A DNA stretch of 63,309 nucleotides, the filler included, from Choristocarpus tenellus KU-1152 (lineage: Eukaryota; Protista; Phaeophyceae): NCBI GenBank assembly GCA_964200185.2. It is 11 parts of 11 records of this genome, joined end to end, with 100 filler letters (N's around TTAATTAATTAA, not from the genome) between each part and the next. Parts side by side here need not be neighbours in the genome. Positions count along the whole stretch, not along the records: positions 24,385 to 27,090 come from CAXNAD020025461.1; positions 27,191 to 30,244 come from CAXNAD020022651.1; positions 30,345 to 33,578 come from CAXNAD020021354.1; positions 33,679 to 38,410 come from CAXNAD020013294.1; 7 more parts are not named here. One strand, given 5' to 3'. How positions within the stretch are numbered: the first letter of the stretch is position 1; each line of letters opens with the position of its first letter. The translations under genes were made by a program, and so were the position numbers. A model generated the notes under the pieces. It was not told the DNA's origin and did not search any database. It saw only the letters and a list, made by a program, of their open reading frames with translations. Below are positions 25,741 through 38,357 of the stretch, piece after piece.

Positions 25741-26762
25741 GTACAGATAGGTGCACAATGTGTGCAATCTGTTGAGCTTACAAATTAGCATGATCTTAAC
25801 CAGATTTCTGTAAAAAGAAGTCTGGTGCCGAAGGGTTTTGATACTGGTAAATTAGATAAGGTTCTTGGTTTCTGAACCAAGATGGTACGAGTAGCTTTGC
25901 CCTCTGTGGCAATCATGCTTTTTTTCACCGAATCGCCAAAACAGTTATGCACCAGTATATGTATCAAATAAAGGGTTGGACAAGAGCCTTGTCAGGTTTG
26001 TATCCATAAAGTTCCAAACTTCGGGGAACGGGAGCCATGTCCCGATCAAATAATGGAAAAACGCGAGGGAACATCTCCGACGCAATTTTGAAGGTCACGA
26101 CTTCAAAATGGAGAAAAATGAAGTACTTGGCTGAACTCCCCGCAAAACCTAATGCGGATTAGGTCCCTGCCCAAGTTCGACGAATGGGGCCTGGTTCTGT
26201 GTGATGGGAGGTGATGAAAACCACCACAGATGTGGTCCAGAAAAGTGAACTATGAGACTGAGGCATGCTGGGTGTATGTTAACCTTAGAGTGCATGGATC
26301 AATCTTCAATGTGATTGGTTGTGAGCAGTCAGAACAAAAACACAATCTCGACATTGGTTTGAATGCACTGTTCATGTCGGGGTTACCGCGTGCCAGTCGT
26401 GCGTCTAACCCACACCACATCACTTCGCCTGGACTCAATCGCAAAAGGTGACGCGCGTAAATGTATATGACCACGCGTATTATCCTCATCAATGTTGGAG
26501 ATCCCAAAAAAGGTGACATGTCCCTAAAATAAGTATTAATACTAATACGGACTAAAACTGTACAATAAGATTGATGCAATCTCAACAAAAAGTGAACTTT
26601 TGAAAAGCGCTTAGAAAGCGAGATAATAGAGTGTTCGTATAAAATGAAATTCACTATCGGAAAGTTTTATCTATCGCCCCATGTTCTGTTGATGATGTTT
26701 TTAATTACCAAATGTGATGAAATTTCTCATTTCTAATTCGAAACAATAATGAGGTACATATC

Positions 26763-27090
26763 CTAGCTGCCCATGACGCCAGGATCACAAGGAGGGCTCA
26801 ACACGAGATCACACACCTCCTCAACAGGATTCGTTTTGACTCCTTCAGGACACAACTGGTCGGCCTTCCAAATGAGGCCCAAGGGAGGGAAAGCTCCTCA
26901 TTAGCCCTAGCGTGCCACCGGAGCCAGTGTGGACAAGGGAAAAATGCGTGGGCTGCAACTCAACCTCTGGAACCAGCATGCCAAATCCCCCCTCTAGAAT
27001 TTAAGCTCACAGTCAGCAGATCCCTAGGGAGGGAGGAGGCCCCATCAAACAGGTGCCCAGTGGCAGGATGCAGGAGGCAGAATGTCATAC
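26763..27090 (+). mobile_element. CRE-like (RLE-type) non-LTR retrotransposon fragment, post-RT region
   Basis: Stop-free frame missing from the ORF track: RAQHEITHLLNRIRF...ALACHRSQCGQGKNAWAATQP...IPPLEFKLTVSRSLGREE...CPVAGC. It fits the ARxxSxxGxxAxAWxxxxP...F...RxLG...C pattern that precedes the zinc knuckle. Confidence 0.6.
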
Positions 27091-27613
27091 NNNNNNNNNN
27101 NNNNNNNNNNNNNNNNNNNNNNNNNNNNNNNNNNTTAATTAATTAANNNNNNNNNNNNNNNNNNNNNNNNNNNNNNNNNNNNNNNNNNNNGGGGGAATGA
27201 CTTCATTGTGAGCACACAGGGGTATGGAATAGGCAGTTGTCTGGTGAGCTTGAAAACACGCCAGAGGTAGATATGAAGACGTTTTCTGTGGCTTATAAAG
27301 TTGTGATGGATGGGGAGTAATAACAACAAGAGCTGACCCTAAACAGAAATTCGTCAAGGATTCCAAATCTTTTTGCAGAAATGAATTTGATCAACATGTT
27401 CAAAAGTGATAGACAACACATCACAAATTTATGGCACGGGGGGTAGTAGTATTTTCCATTTCCTCTTTGACATACTAGCCCTCAACCTCTAGAATTATTT
27501 TTGACACAAATACTATGTATTTTAACATGAGATGTGCCGTATATGGTCAGATAGACAAAATAATGTGATCATGAAAACATGATTCTATCTGGGTTGTATT
27601 TTTTATTGTGTTT

Positions 27614-27792
27614 GGCTCAAAGTATCTGCGGGGGGTAGCGGCTGTCTATTTGGGGCCAGTTTTTTCCATGTCGCGTTTTTTTGGTGATTTCGTTGCATTT
27701 ATCGGATGGATAATGTAAGTGCACTTTCCTGGTTACGGTCCAAAATGGACACCCTAGTGTAGACACTCTTACCCCCCCAGATACTTTGGGTC
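27614..27792. mobile_element. MITE family A, complete
   Basis: ggctcaaagtatctgcggggg ... cccccagatactttgggtc; flanks TTT/GTT. Confidence 0.92.
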
Positions 27793-30201
27793 GTTTGTAT
27801 ACATACGTGATTTGAAACCTTGTGATTTTTCTTTTTAACATAATTCAGAACAAGTCTATATATGCGGTGGGCTGCTAATGGAAAGCCTACCAAGTGACAT
27901 GTTGGAGGTTCCTAAGATGAGGATCTTCTTCCAACAGATGCAAGGGTCAGAGGTGGATTATTGTGGAAAACGGTTCGTGTAGAATGTTCCGATGACTGCA
28001 CTTCACAGTCCCATTGCAGAATCAAAGTTCAACAACTGTGACTACACTGTCCTTGCGTGTCCCTGCGGAGATACAGGACTGCCAGATGTATTGAACATTG
28101 ACATACAATCTATACGTAAAAATGCAGACTATAGCTTATACACAGGAATGTTGGTGTTGATATTTAACTTGTTGGATAATGATTCAAAGCTACGAGATAG
28201 GCGGAATTTTCTACAACAAGAACGTACAGTTCGAATTTTGGGTGCTATATAATCACTTGGTTTGAGACTGATGCAGTTGGATTCGGAAACCTGCAAATGC
28301 TTCATTAAAAAATCACAGTGGTGTAAATGGTATTAACGTTGTTGCAAAAGCTTTACTAATACATATCAGTGTATTGTGATACCTATTCCTTTCAATCGGG
28401 GCATGTTACCTTTTGACAGAGGGGGGAAGCAGAGCTTCTTCTTACCAAGAGAGTATGGGGTAGTACAAAATATTGCAAACTGTTGTTGTTACAGGAACTG
28501 ACCGAGGATCTTACAAAAGACAAGCACTCCTCATACAGCAATGGTTATTTTAGAACCAGTTGCAGATCTATTCACGATCTTGCCATGTCCGTGCGGGTCT
28601 TGTCGAATAACCTAGTGTTATCCTTACGTTATCTGTGATGATCCAAGTAAACAACATATCTTATATGTACGTTGATCTTTAGTTTAGTACAATAAAAGGT
28701 AGTAACGTACACATCGGTATGTTATGGTAAGTTAGTGGGATATTACAGATGGTATAGTGGGACAATAGCATTAAGTGGACAATACCTTGTGGATAATAAA
28801 TAATTCAGTGTGTGCTCTACCATGCAATTCAACTGCTAGCTTTTGGCGCCTTACGTGCGCCAAGCTTCTCAACAGGTCTCTCCAGAGAGATGGAGGTAGT
28901 GATCAAGGATGACTTGATATACAACAAGAACGTTTGGGGGCGGTGAGACAGAGAAGAAGGGGAGGTGGGGTATAGTATCAGTTAGGTAGTTGTTGAGTGG
29001 TGAAGTTCCACTCTCTGATAACCCATTGTATCTTCGTTGTTGTTTGTTGAGTGACAATCCTGTGTAATACTCCAGTGCGTCTCTTGTAACTACCATAATG
29101 GGCTACTACCGAAATTCGATGGTCCGGATGCCAAACTGTAGGCGCAAATGCTGTGAGTGGGGAACTTGACAGGTGGAGGTTATGCTGGGAACAAAGGAGG
29201 AGTAGCAGTGCCAGTTAGTAGTCACAGTGCTCCAGCAGTTGTGAAGGAAACGGTACAGTGGGGGGAATGTGTGTAGGTAAACCTGTGGAGGCTATGATAC
29301 TGGGAGAAAAGAGGAGAAGAACACTTGCCACTAAACAGTCCCAGTGCTCGGGCAGCACTAGAAGGAAAAGCACAGGGGGAATCTGTGCCTGCCTCTGCAA
29401 ATCTGGTGACCGAGCAAGCATGCATACATAGTTGTGGGGTCTGCATGTAGCTGTGACGTTTTAAAACTCCTCGAGGGAACTCTGAAGGCAATGATGAGGG
29501 TATCACATGTCATGGCCCTGCGTGACAACTCACCGAAAGATCACATTTGGGTCGACCATCGAATCAAGAGTGTTCGACAAATGTTAGGGTTTGAGGTAGC
29601 AGGCAAAGGTAGGGTATCTAACGATAGTTTCAAACATTCAATGAATCATGTCCAGCAGTAGCTACTAGTGTCTTCCCATTTTGAACTCCCTCTAGTTCAG
29701 TCGTTTTAAACTACTGGGTATCATTGTGTGGGTGGCTCACATATTGGCACAGTTGAAATTTCGTTTTTTCAGAGTTTCTTGTGATCTTGGGGGATAGAGG
29801 TGTTTTTACGGATGTATGTACTTTCTTGTACAGTGTGGCTTCGAATTCCCCCCAGCCTTTGTGAACCTTCTCTCCTTTGTTTGCATAGGATAATATGTGG
29901 CCATGGAGTGTATATACAAAAATATTACTGCTGCATGAAGGAGTTCCACATACTAAAAATAGGAAGCACCATCCCGCTACACTCACCTTCATCAATTATC
30001 AGGACTACGAGAGATATATATATAGTTCTATAAGCTGCAATACACTATTCCTAACTCAAGCCATGTTCTCCTCGTATACAACAACTCGGGCACACCAGAT
30101 ATCGTACTTGCATCGTGGCAAGCAAAGGCCTTTTGAGGGTCGCTGCTTTTGTTATTTTGTAAGTGTGATAGGTCTTCCTTTTCCCCCTCTTCGCCCCTTT
30201 C

Positions 30202-30244
30202 GGCTTAAAGTATCTCGGAGGGGGTGGTGGCTGTCCATTTGGGG
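30202..30244. mobile_element. MITE family A terminus at contig end
   Basis: ggcttaaagtatctcggagggggtggtggctgtccatttgggg. Confidence 0.8.
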
Positions 30245-30344
30245 NNNNNNNNNNNNNNNNNNNNNNNNNNNNNNNNNNNNNNNNNNNNTTAATTAATTAA
30301 NNNNNNNNNNNNNNNNNNNNNNNNNNNNNNNNNNNNNNNNNNNN

Positions 30345-30507
30345 GGTGTGGGGGGGTCTACACGAGGGTGTCCATTTGGACCAAAATCGGGAAAAGTGCA
30401 TTTGCATTATCCATCCGATGTATGGCAACCAAATCACCCAAAAATCGTGATATAAAAAAATTGACCCAAAATGGACAGCCGCCACCCCCTCCCAGATACT
30501 TTGAGCC
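30345..30507. mobile_element. MITE family A, near-complete
   Basis: gtctacacgagggtgtccatttgg ... cccagatactttgagcc. Confidence 0.92.
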
Positions 30508-30524
30508 AAAATCATTGTAAGGGC

Positions 30525-31128
30525 TTTTCAGTATACGGTAATGACAAGACCAAGGAGCTTGCTCAATAGTATGGTATCAAAGGGGAAATTGTTCGCTTGT
30601 TGAGGATGGGAATGCCTTGAAACAAGAGTGTGACAATGCATAGTATCTCATCTATGAGGTCGATCATTGTCTAAAATTTCGAGATCTTTTTGAGGACACA
30701 AAAACTGCTATGGAGGGTACACCGAGGAAGCGAAGGAGAAGGACCAGGAGCATGAACGGACGATCAATTTGGCAGAGAAGATGGAACGAAAGTGAGGGAG
30801 TAATGTTTTAATGACTTTGCACGTTGAATTCTGGCCCACAATAGAGATTGAATGTGAGGGAGACTACTCCAACATGTTCAAATTGGCAAGAATCTATGCA
30901 GTCATTCCTCAATCCTCTGTAGAAAATGTGAATGAGGGTTTCATGCATGAACTGCATAAAACCAAGAACTGCAATTGACCTGCCATTGAACGTTTGAAGA
31001 TGCACATGCAAACGTCCCTTCCTCGCTGTCTGAAAGTCACAGATTTCAGGACCAGGGCGGAGCCGGAGGAATTTCTAGAGTGTGCTGTACGCCAGTGGAA
31101 GAGTGCTCGCGATTGGAGATTGATGTGA
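30525..31128 (+). pseudogene. Decayed hAT transposase C-terminus (dimerisation domain)
   Basis: FWPTIEIECEGDYSNMFKLARIYAVIPQSSVENVNEGF / SCMNCIK / TKNCN...AVRQWKSARDWRL resembles the hAT motif YPNLxKLA...IPxSSxxCERGFSxMNxIKT, with frameshifts. Confidence 0.8.
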
Positions 31129-32509
31129 GTAAACAGCAGTATCAGATTGCAGTGCAAGATAGTGGGGTAAGCAAGGCTATGAGGGTGGGCAAGGCATACC
31201 TGTTCGAAGGCCACAAAAAATACCCAATGAAGCAACCGTGTTTGTGTGTTGTGAGATGAGTTGTGACGTTCGAGTGCATAGTAGTACAGAGAGTTGGCGA
31301 TGGTATATGATGGAGACCTTAGCATTTTGTAATTCCCATATACCCGGCATGCCCACCACTCCTCCTGAAACATCATGACACGCGATTTATCTTTCATTCT
31401 GTATTGCTGGTGGTTTTGTGATTTTCTATTGGTTTGTTTTGTATCCAGTTTACTTCACCCATCTTACTCCTGGTACAAAAAGGGTTCAACGCTTACAAAG
31501 ATGGGACTCTACGAAATAAACAGCATGACACAAATTCACCCACAACACGCCGCATCCTGGACACTAATGCAAATCCAACAAGATTATATACTTTGCTGTC
31601 TGTAATACATACGACCGTCTCATCGGCATTTGGAATGAAGTAAATTGCAGCACTTGACACTTCAAACACAAGATATTCAAGAAACAGCAGCAATCTGACG
31701 AGAAAAGGCCACGAGAAAAGTTTCGTCTAACATGATTTGAGTAATGGTAAACAAGAGGTACCCAGAGTTGACTATTAAGGATGCTGACAAATATTTCGCA
31801 ATATTTATCTATCTTTACAAACCTGTGTAAGGATACATATATCTACTTTAGCCCCTTGATCCATAGTATGATTGATGACAGTGCATACCGCACAATTTCC
31901 AGCCACAAACTATATCTGTTGCACCACAACTAATTGACTTGCCTAATGTATCCCTTGATTTTTTCGTTTGGGGTCACCCCCGGTTCACCCCTCGTCACAC
32001 CCGGTCCTCCCTCGAATCTTATTTCGACTTCCTCCGTCCGCAGTGAATCTTCGCCACCACGATCCAGATTCAAGGCTTCCCATTTTTTTGTTAATCGCAA
32101 GTTCTATGGTACAGGTCAATGGACTTGTTTTGTGGTGTAGGGAAATCAAATTTACTGTCAGAATAATCTGACCTATGCAAAGAGTATATTAATCTGAACG
32201 TTTCTGAGACAGATGGCGAACGGACCAATACCTAAGCTACACAAACACATTCGTATGTAGGACCAATCTAGATTTAAGTCATTGGTACCTCACAAATTTG
32301 TAGGAAAAAAGGTTTTCTATCCAGGAATCTTCACCACAACCCATCTACTGACTGCAACTCGATGTTGAGGAATGATACGTCAAAGAGCATAACAATAAAA
32401 TACACATATATGGTAATCTTAATTCGTTGGTATATCGCTGTTCGTTATGATGTACACATGATTTATTTCGAGATACATATTTCTTCTTTGTTGGTAACAG
32501 GGGATGCCG

Positions 32510-33540
32510 TAAACAAGATAAATATTTTGAACCCCCCAATGTGGATAAGCACTCATCCATGGATGGTAAAGGCCATGAATTACGTATCAAATGTTTATTT
32601 ATGGTTCCTCTAAAATCCACACAGAATCGAGGTGATCCATCTGGTTTGGCAACAATGGTAACAGGGGATGCCGATGGGCTAGATGAGGGTTTTACAGCAC
32701 CCTGATTCTCCATATCAGTTACACATTGTCGAATAGTGTCGCGTATTTTTGGTGCCGCGCGATACGGTGGTCTACTAACAGGTTTAGTGCCTGGTTGTAG
32801 TGGAAAGTTAACAGAAGCAGTGGTGCAGCAACCTAATTCTTTTTCGGACAATGAAAAGACTGGTCTGAATTTAGCCACTATATCTAGTAATTCCTCTTGT
32901 TCAGACAGTGTCAGTTGAATATTTGCAAAAGCCTTCTTAGAAAAAAACAACTTCAATTCCTCCCTAGCTTGTTTCAGTTCTTCAGGGGTAGATGGTGAGG
33001 CTGCAACTGCACTTACTGTGATATCTGACAGGGTATATGCTTTTGAAACAGGGGAAACATGACCAACAACAAACTTTGCTGGTAACTTGATCCCCTTTTG
33101 TGTCAAATTGGCAATTTTGACTAAACATCCTCCATCTTCTTCCCAAACAGTGAGGGTTCGACTGACCATTATGTGTTGCCAGTGGGGATGTATGTCGTCG
33201 TCATGCTGGAGGTCTGTGCCAGTGTAAATGATAGGGTCCACCACTGCATCGATAGCTGTTCCTCGAAGTGCCTGAGAACAAATTGGAACAAGTGTTTCCG
33301 TGCCAGGGGGAAGGAATATATTTTTTTTTGTGTGCAGCACTGGTGTAGTAAATTCAGATGTAATTACTGAAATTGAAAAATGAGATGCATTTTCAGTCTG
33401 GCAAAAATCTTTCGGGGGGGAACAGATGGGAAGGGGTACGATTTTGTGTTTTGCTGGGATGCATTGATCACTGTCTTTAAAAGACATCTCCTCTCTATAC
33501 CAATCTAGCACTGCCCCAAATGCCGACATAATGCTGTTAT
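32510..33540 (-). mobile_element. Ty3/Gypsy pol fragment (protease end, linker, N-terminal reverse transcriptase)
   Basis: In ORF 32345-33547: PGTKPVSRPPYR...PSSSPSASPVTIVAKPDGSPRFCVDFRGTINK...WPLPSMDECLSTLGGSKYLS. Homology stops before the YxDD motif. Confidence 0.93.
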
Positions 33541-33578
33541 GACCCAAAGTATCTGGGAGGGGAGGGGGATCTACACCA
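33541..33578. mobile_element. MITE family A left end, abutting the Gypsy pol fragment
   Basis: gacccaaagtatctgggagggg...tctacacca directly adjoins the Gypsy coding sequence. Confidence 0.85.
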
Positions 33579-33797
33579 NNNNNNNNNNNNNNNNNNNNNN
33601 NNNNNNNNNNNNNNNNNNNNNNTTAATTAATTAANNNNNNNNNNNNNNNNNNNNNNNNNNNNNNNNNNNNNNNNNNNNCCCCCCAGATACTTTGACCCTG
33701 CTCAGAGTTTTCTGAACTAGGGAGGGTGTTCGATTCGATTCTTCCAACTGTATTGGAGAATTACGGTAAAGTGTGTATGGAGTCAGAATACAATTTT

Positions 33798-34064
33798 GAA
33801 TCAAAGTAACTTAGAGCATAGGAGTTTTGCTCTGTTTGTCCATTATTTGGGCTTGGCTTCCCACCGTTTTTTTTAATGACATTTTTCTACTCCAGTATGT
33901 TTCGAAGTAGGTAAAATGTATACGTTATGAAAAGGTGTGTCTGGAACATGGATATTGACGCTACTTCCTAACAAACATGATAGCCAAAATTACATCAAAA
34001 TCGCAACATTGGATTTTGACCCCCAAATGGACGCGACTCTACCCTCTAAAGATACTTTTGTCTC
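33798..34064. mobile_element. MITE family B
   Basis: TTT|gaatcaaagtaacttagag ... ctctaaagatacttttgtctc|TTT. Confidence 0.88.
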
Positions 34065-34460
34065 TTTTAGTGGTTAGTATGCCCAAGGACCTTTTTGAAA
34101 TGAGATGAAATATTGATAATTTCATAAGGTGCTATATGCCTTACCTCGCGTTAAACAATCACCCTAAGACATTTGGCTATATCCCTTGTCTTCATCACTA
34201 CTTGTGCATTTACACCAGGTGGACGACAATTTAACATTTGAGACGTCGGAAATTCAGATGCAATAGACATGCAGCAAGCGACCCAGATGGCAACTGCAGG
34301 TTTCGCGCTCTGTGAAATGCCCAGTGCAATACTCTGCGATGTGCAACATCTCTCTATTGCACAATATAGTCTGCCTTATATGTATGCTCGTTAGGCCTAT
34401 ATAATAAGTTTTGCTTCCCCTTTGCCATATGTACTGCATCTCGTACAATTCATTTTTGTA

Positions 34461-34726
34461 GAGTCAAATCAACTGAGAGGTAAAGAGGGCTCCATTTCAA
34501 GGATCCCGAGAGAGAGCAAAAAAAGATGCCGATTTGTACAGTAGTTCCAGATTTTTTTTTTGCTGAATTGTGGTGCCACTTTGTATGTGTAAAGGGAGAC
34601 TATCGATTTTGCGTACACTATTATTATGCACGTACAGCAATGAAATAGAGTGTACTACACAGGGCGAGAAAGATGACTTAGAATGCAAATGTTCCAAATC
34701 AACCTACCTCTCAATTGGTTTGGCTC
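34461..34726. mobile_element. MITE family D, complete
   Basis: TIRs gagtcaaatcaactgagaggta ... tacctctcaattggtttggctc. Confidence 0.88.
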
Positions 34727-35442
34727 AGTAGTACATGATACTTCTTGTATCGCTGACCTCCTTGTCGGGGGAATGGTACATACATGCACATGATGGAGCA
34801 ACGCCCACCAGCCTCATGTCCTATCAGCTATTATTTAGATCCAAAGTGGGGAACCATGCCGATGTGACCAGTAATATTGTAAGAGTAGAACTAAGAGTAG
34901 CCATGAGTAAACATCAGGATATCGATTTCTGCTATTGTTCGCAATTGTAGCCGTAGCAGGGGTATCTACGGACTATGTATATGTGTCTATTATGTAATAT
35001 AAAATAGTTTCGATTGATTCTCAATCACCACAGTGTAGACGAACGTTCCGAGGGTCCATATTATTCATACCTATTTCTTTGATCATTGGATCATGCACAT
35101 CTACATGTATATATACAACATATACATACAAAGGGTGTTTTGGTGTTGCGTGAAAGTGTCGTACAAATAGAATCAAAGTCGACAATAACAATAATACTGT
35201 TGAGATATATTTGATCGACTAATTGTGCACCTGAGTTTGGGAACAGGATTGACTATAGACCCCCTCTGCCTTTCCAGAGAAATGGAGGACCCTTGGGGAG
35301 GCATCAAATAGCAAGTGATCTACACACCTGTACATTGTGCGAGAGTCAAGGCAACTCTTTCAACAGGATCCACACTTCTACCCTTGACTGTGTCGTCACC
35401 AAGACTGGTGATTGTGTTGCACAACCCTTACATACCATTGGC

Positions 35443-35892
35443 CAGTCAAACCAATGGAGAGGTTCAAAGTATCTGGGGGGGGAGTGGCGGCTGTCCATCC
35501 AGGGCCCATTTTTCCATGTCGTGGTTCTCGGGTGATTTGGTTGCATGCGTTGGATGGAAAATGAAAGTGCAATTCTCTTGGTCAGGACCCAAATGTACAC
35601 CCCGATGTAGACTCCCCCACCCCCCCAAGATACTTCGAGTCAGAGGTAGGCAGGGTTTCATTTCAAGGATCCCGAGAAAGGGCAGACACAATTTTTCGAC
35701 AACTACTGGAGAATGAACCCTTTTTTTCTGAATTGTGATGTCACCTCTATGGGTAGATAGGTGGAATGTCAATTTTATGTACGCTATAATCCGCGTAAGT
35801 AAATGAAATACAGAGAGCATTACACAGGGGAACAAGGATGACTTCGAATGCAGAAGGGTCCAAACCTTCTTACCTCTCAATTGGTTTGCCTC
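35443..35892. mobile_element. MITE family D interrupted by a complete family A copy (35461-35641)
   Basis: D left TIR cagtcaaaccaatgg-AGA-[family A]-AGA-ggtaggcaggg; D right end tacctctcaattggtttgcctc. Confidence 0.92.
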
Positions 35893-36981
35893 TGACACAA
35901 AAAATACCATGTGTTACCTTAATTCTTGGATCCATGTGTACCATAGATGATGGCGAACAAGCCCCAACAAAGAAAGGGATGGTCGATAGTCCATAATCCC
36001 AGTTCCCTCCCGAAGCCCCTTTGGAAGATAAGCAAGTAAGCACCCACCGAGAATGACGAAGGCATACAGCATAATCTTTGAATATGATGTTCTATAACCA
36101 ACCTAACACAGAATATAGACAAAAAGCGTTTCGAAATACTCAGAACTTCCTCCCTATCACAAAGAAGAGGAAGGAGATACTATCCTAAATATACCTCAAG
36201 GACTCGAACACTCAAACTTCTTTTTTTATCAACCTCTCCCAGACAACAAGAACAAGAGTCTAGGTTAATACAGAAGGAGCGGCGAACCATACAGAATGCT
36301 ACGATCCGAGACTGGCAGTCATCTTACGACACCCCTCCCTTGTCAGTCTTGTCTTCAGGATGATCCTTCAACAGAAACTGACCGTCCACAACCGCGAAAC
36401 TTGCAGTACAACACGGATTATTAATTAAGCCTTCCTCTAGAAGACTAACTTCACAAGAAAAGACTAGAGCTAAGGTATGACAATCCTTGGTTCAAGTCGA
36501 GACATTCAGTTGCCCCTACACGAACGGCGAACACTGTGAACACACTCTTGCAACACATCAACCAATCAGAGCACACATACCAATCAGAAAAACACCTGCG
36601 ACCACATTTGTCCAAAATATGAAGGAAAAAGAACAAGTAACAGAAAAAAAAACTTCTTTTCCATCCACAACAAGATCCACATTCACGCGATATACGCTCA
36701 GCAGGAGGGGTGGGACATCGTGTTTAGAGAGAGGACTCGACACCACCAACCCCATTCCACCTCCACCCCAAATGCTTAGGAACTGTTCTGTCACTCAGCA
36801 GATCATGTGCAGTGTTTTGAGGTTCTTTGGGCTTTTTATCGGAGAGATATCTGTCTCGCAAAAGCCAACCGGTAGCGACGGGCGTAAACTTCATACACAC
36901 TGCGACAGAAATTCCAAGATTTTCTATTTTGGCATGTCAGAGAGGCAATTGTTTCCAGAGTGCCTAGGTACTAGGGATACC

Positions 36982-37756
36982 TTAGATGGCCTCCCCATGG
37001 CTCTTGTAGTGGGTCTTGACATCTGTAAGGAGGTCTTCAATGGTGGCCTTAGCATCCCCAAGTAGCATATCTGCGTGGAAAAAGCATCCCAAAATAGAGT
37101 TCAGACTGGTGGGCAACACTCACTCTTCATTGATGTAGAATGCAAGACGTTGGGAAACCTAGAAAGGGCGTTCGACATTTTAGGGTACTGGTGGGATGAA
37201 CTTCCACAAACAGCGGTCTTGCTTATTAGTCTTGACAAACCCTAACACTTTCCATAGATGTATCGACAGGTGCATCCATACACAAATCAAACAAACACGC
37301 AAGGGAGTTCATAGAGAGAGTATTGATAGGATAACGCAAAATATGACAGTAGTAGTATTAGAGATTAAAGCCACGTATGTATGTGAAGAATCAAACACGC
37401 AAGGGAGTTAATAGAGAGTATTAATAGGATAACGCAAAATATGACAGTAGTAGCAGTAGTATTAGAGATAAAGCCACGTATGTATGCGAATCAAACACGT
37501 AAGGGAGTTCATAGAGAGTATTAATAGGATTACAGAACATATCACAGCAATAGTAGTAGAGACAACCAACCACTGACTTGGAGCACTGCTGCAGAGTACA
37601 ATGAAAGGCCAAGCAACCCCTCCCCCACCCCAATAAGAATCAAAACAGTCCAAGCTACTCACCAGTGTTTGGTTTGAAGAACACAGGGTTATCTACCCCG
37701 GCATACCCGCTGGCCAAGGAGCGCTTCATCACTACAACGCGTTTAGACTCCCAAAC
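36982..37756 (-). CDS. NNT: NAD(P) transhydrogenase, last two exons (NADP-binding domain III)
   Basis: Exons 37756-37663 and 37070-36982: [60 protein letters not shown]. Both are too short for the ORF track. Confidence 0.96.
37290..37560 (+). repeat. ~100-bp tandem repeat (~2.7 copies) in the last NNT intron
   Basis: caaacacgYaagggagttMatagagag recurs at ~37292, ~37392 and ~37492. Confidence 0.93.
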
Positions 37757-38309
37757 CTGAAAAATAATAAAAATCATAAAAACCAAGGAAAGGAAGGGTG
37801 GGGGCGGGGGCGAGAGGGAAGTGGCATGTGTTCAAAACAAGCTGTTTCTTGACGTGGTGGGGCAGTACGAAAGTCTTAACATAATAACCCTAACCCTATG
37901 GACTATTTATTACACACCTAAAAAGAAACAGCCTTAACACTACTGTCCTACAACCCTTAAAAGTACTATTTTTTTTTTGTTCTTGTTTTCAATGGGAAAG
38001 TGTAACTTCCCATTCAAGTCAACGAGCTTGCAGGCCAGCCCCCCCCNNNNNNNNNNTTTGTTTTTTAAAGAAAAAAGGTGCTTTTCCTTGCCGAGCACGG
38101 GATTTCCAGCCCCCCCCCCCCCCCCCCCCCCCATCCCCTGATTTCAACCACCGGAGGAGTTGCAGGCTCAACTAATCTCAATGCCAGCATATAGACAGCG
38201 GAGAGAGCCTCACTGCTTGTCCAGATCCTGCTCGACTATAAGATGGTCTAGAGTATCAGCAGCACACAGTCCCAAGTTAGTCGGTTGTTATATTCCATAT
38301 TTTTTAACA

Positions 38310-38357
<48 letters not shown>

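Noticed and set aside
28500-29420. Several minus-strand exon-like segments
   Set aside because: Phases could not be chained into a convincing or recognisable protein.
30202-30507. One MITE A apparently spanning the linker
   Set aside because: Both sides carry the same end of the element, so they are different copies.
33541-33698. MITE A left and right ends on either side of a linker, suggesting true adjacency
   Set aside because: The flanks TAT and TGC are not a TSD, and the Gypsy sequence does not continue on the far side.
37290-37560. Regularly spaced repeats as a possible CRISPR array
   Set aside because: The whole ~100-bp unit repeats, with no unique spacers. It is an intronic minisatellite in a eukaryotic gene with no cas genes nearby.
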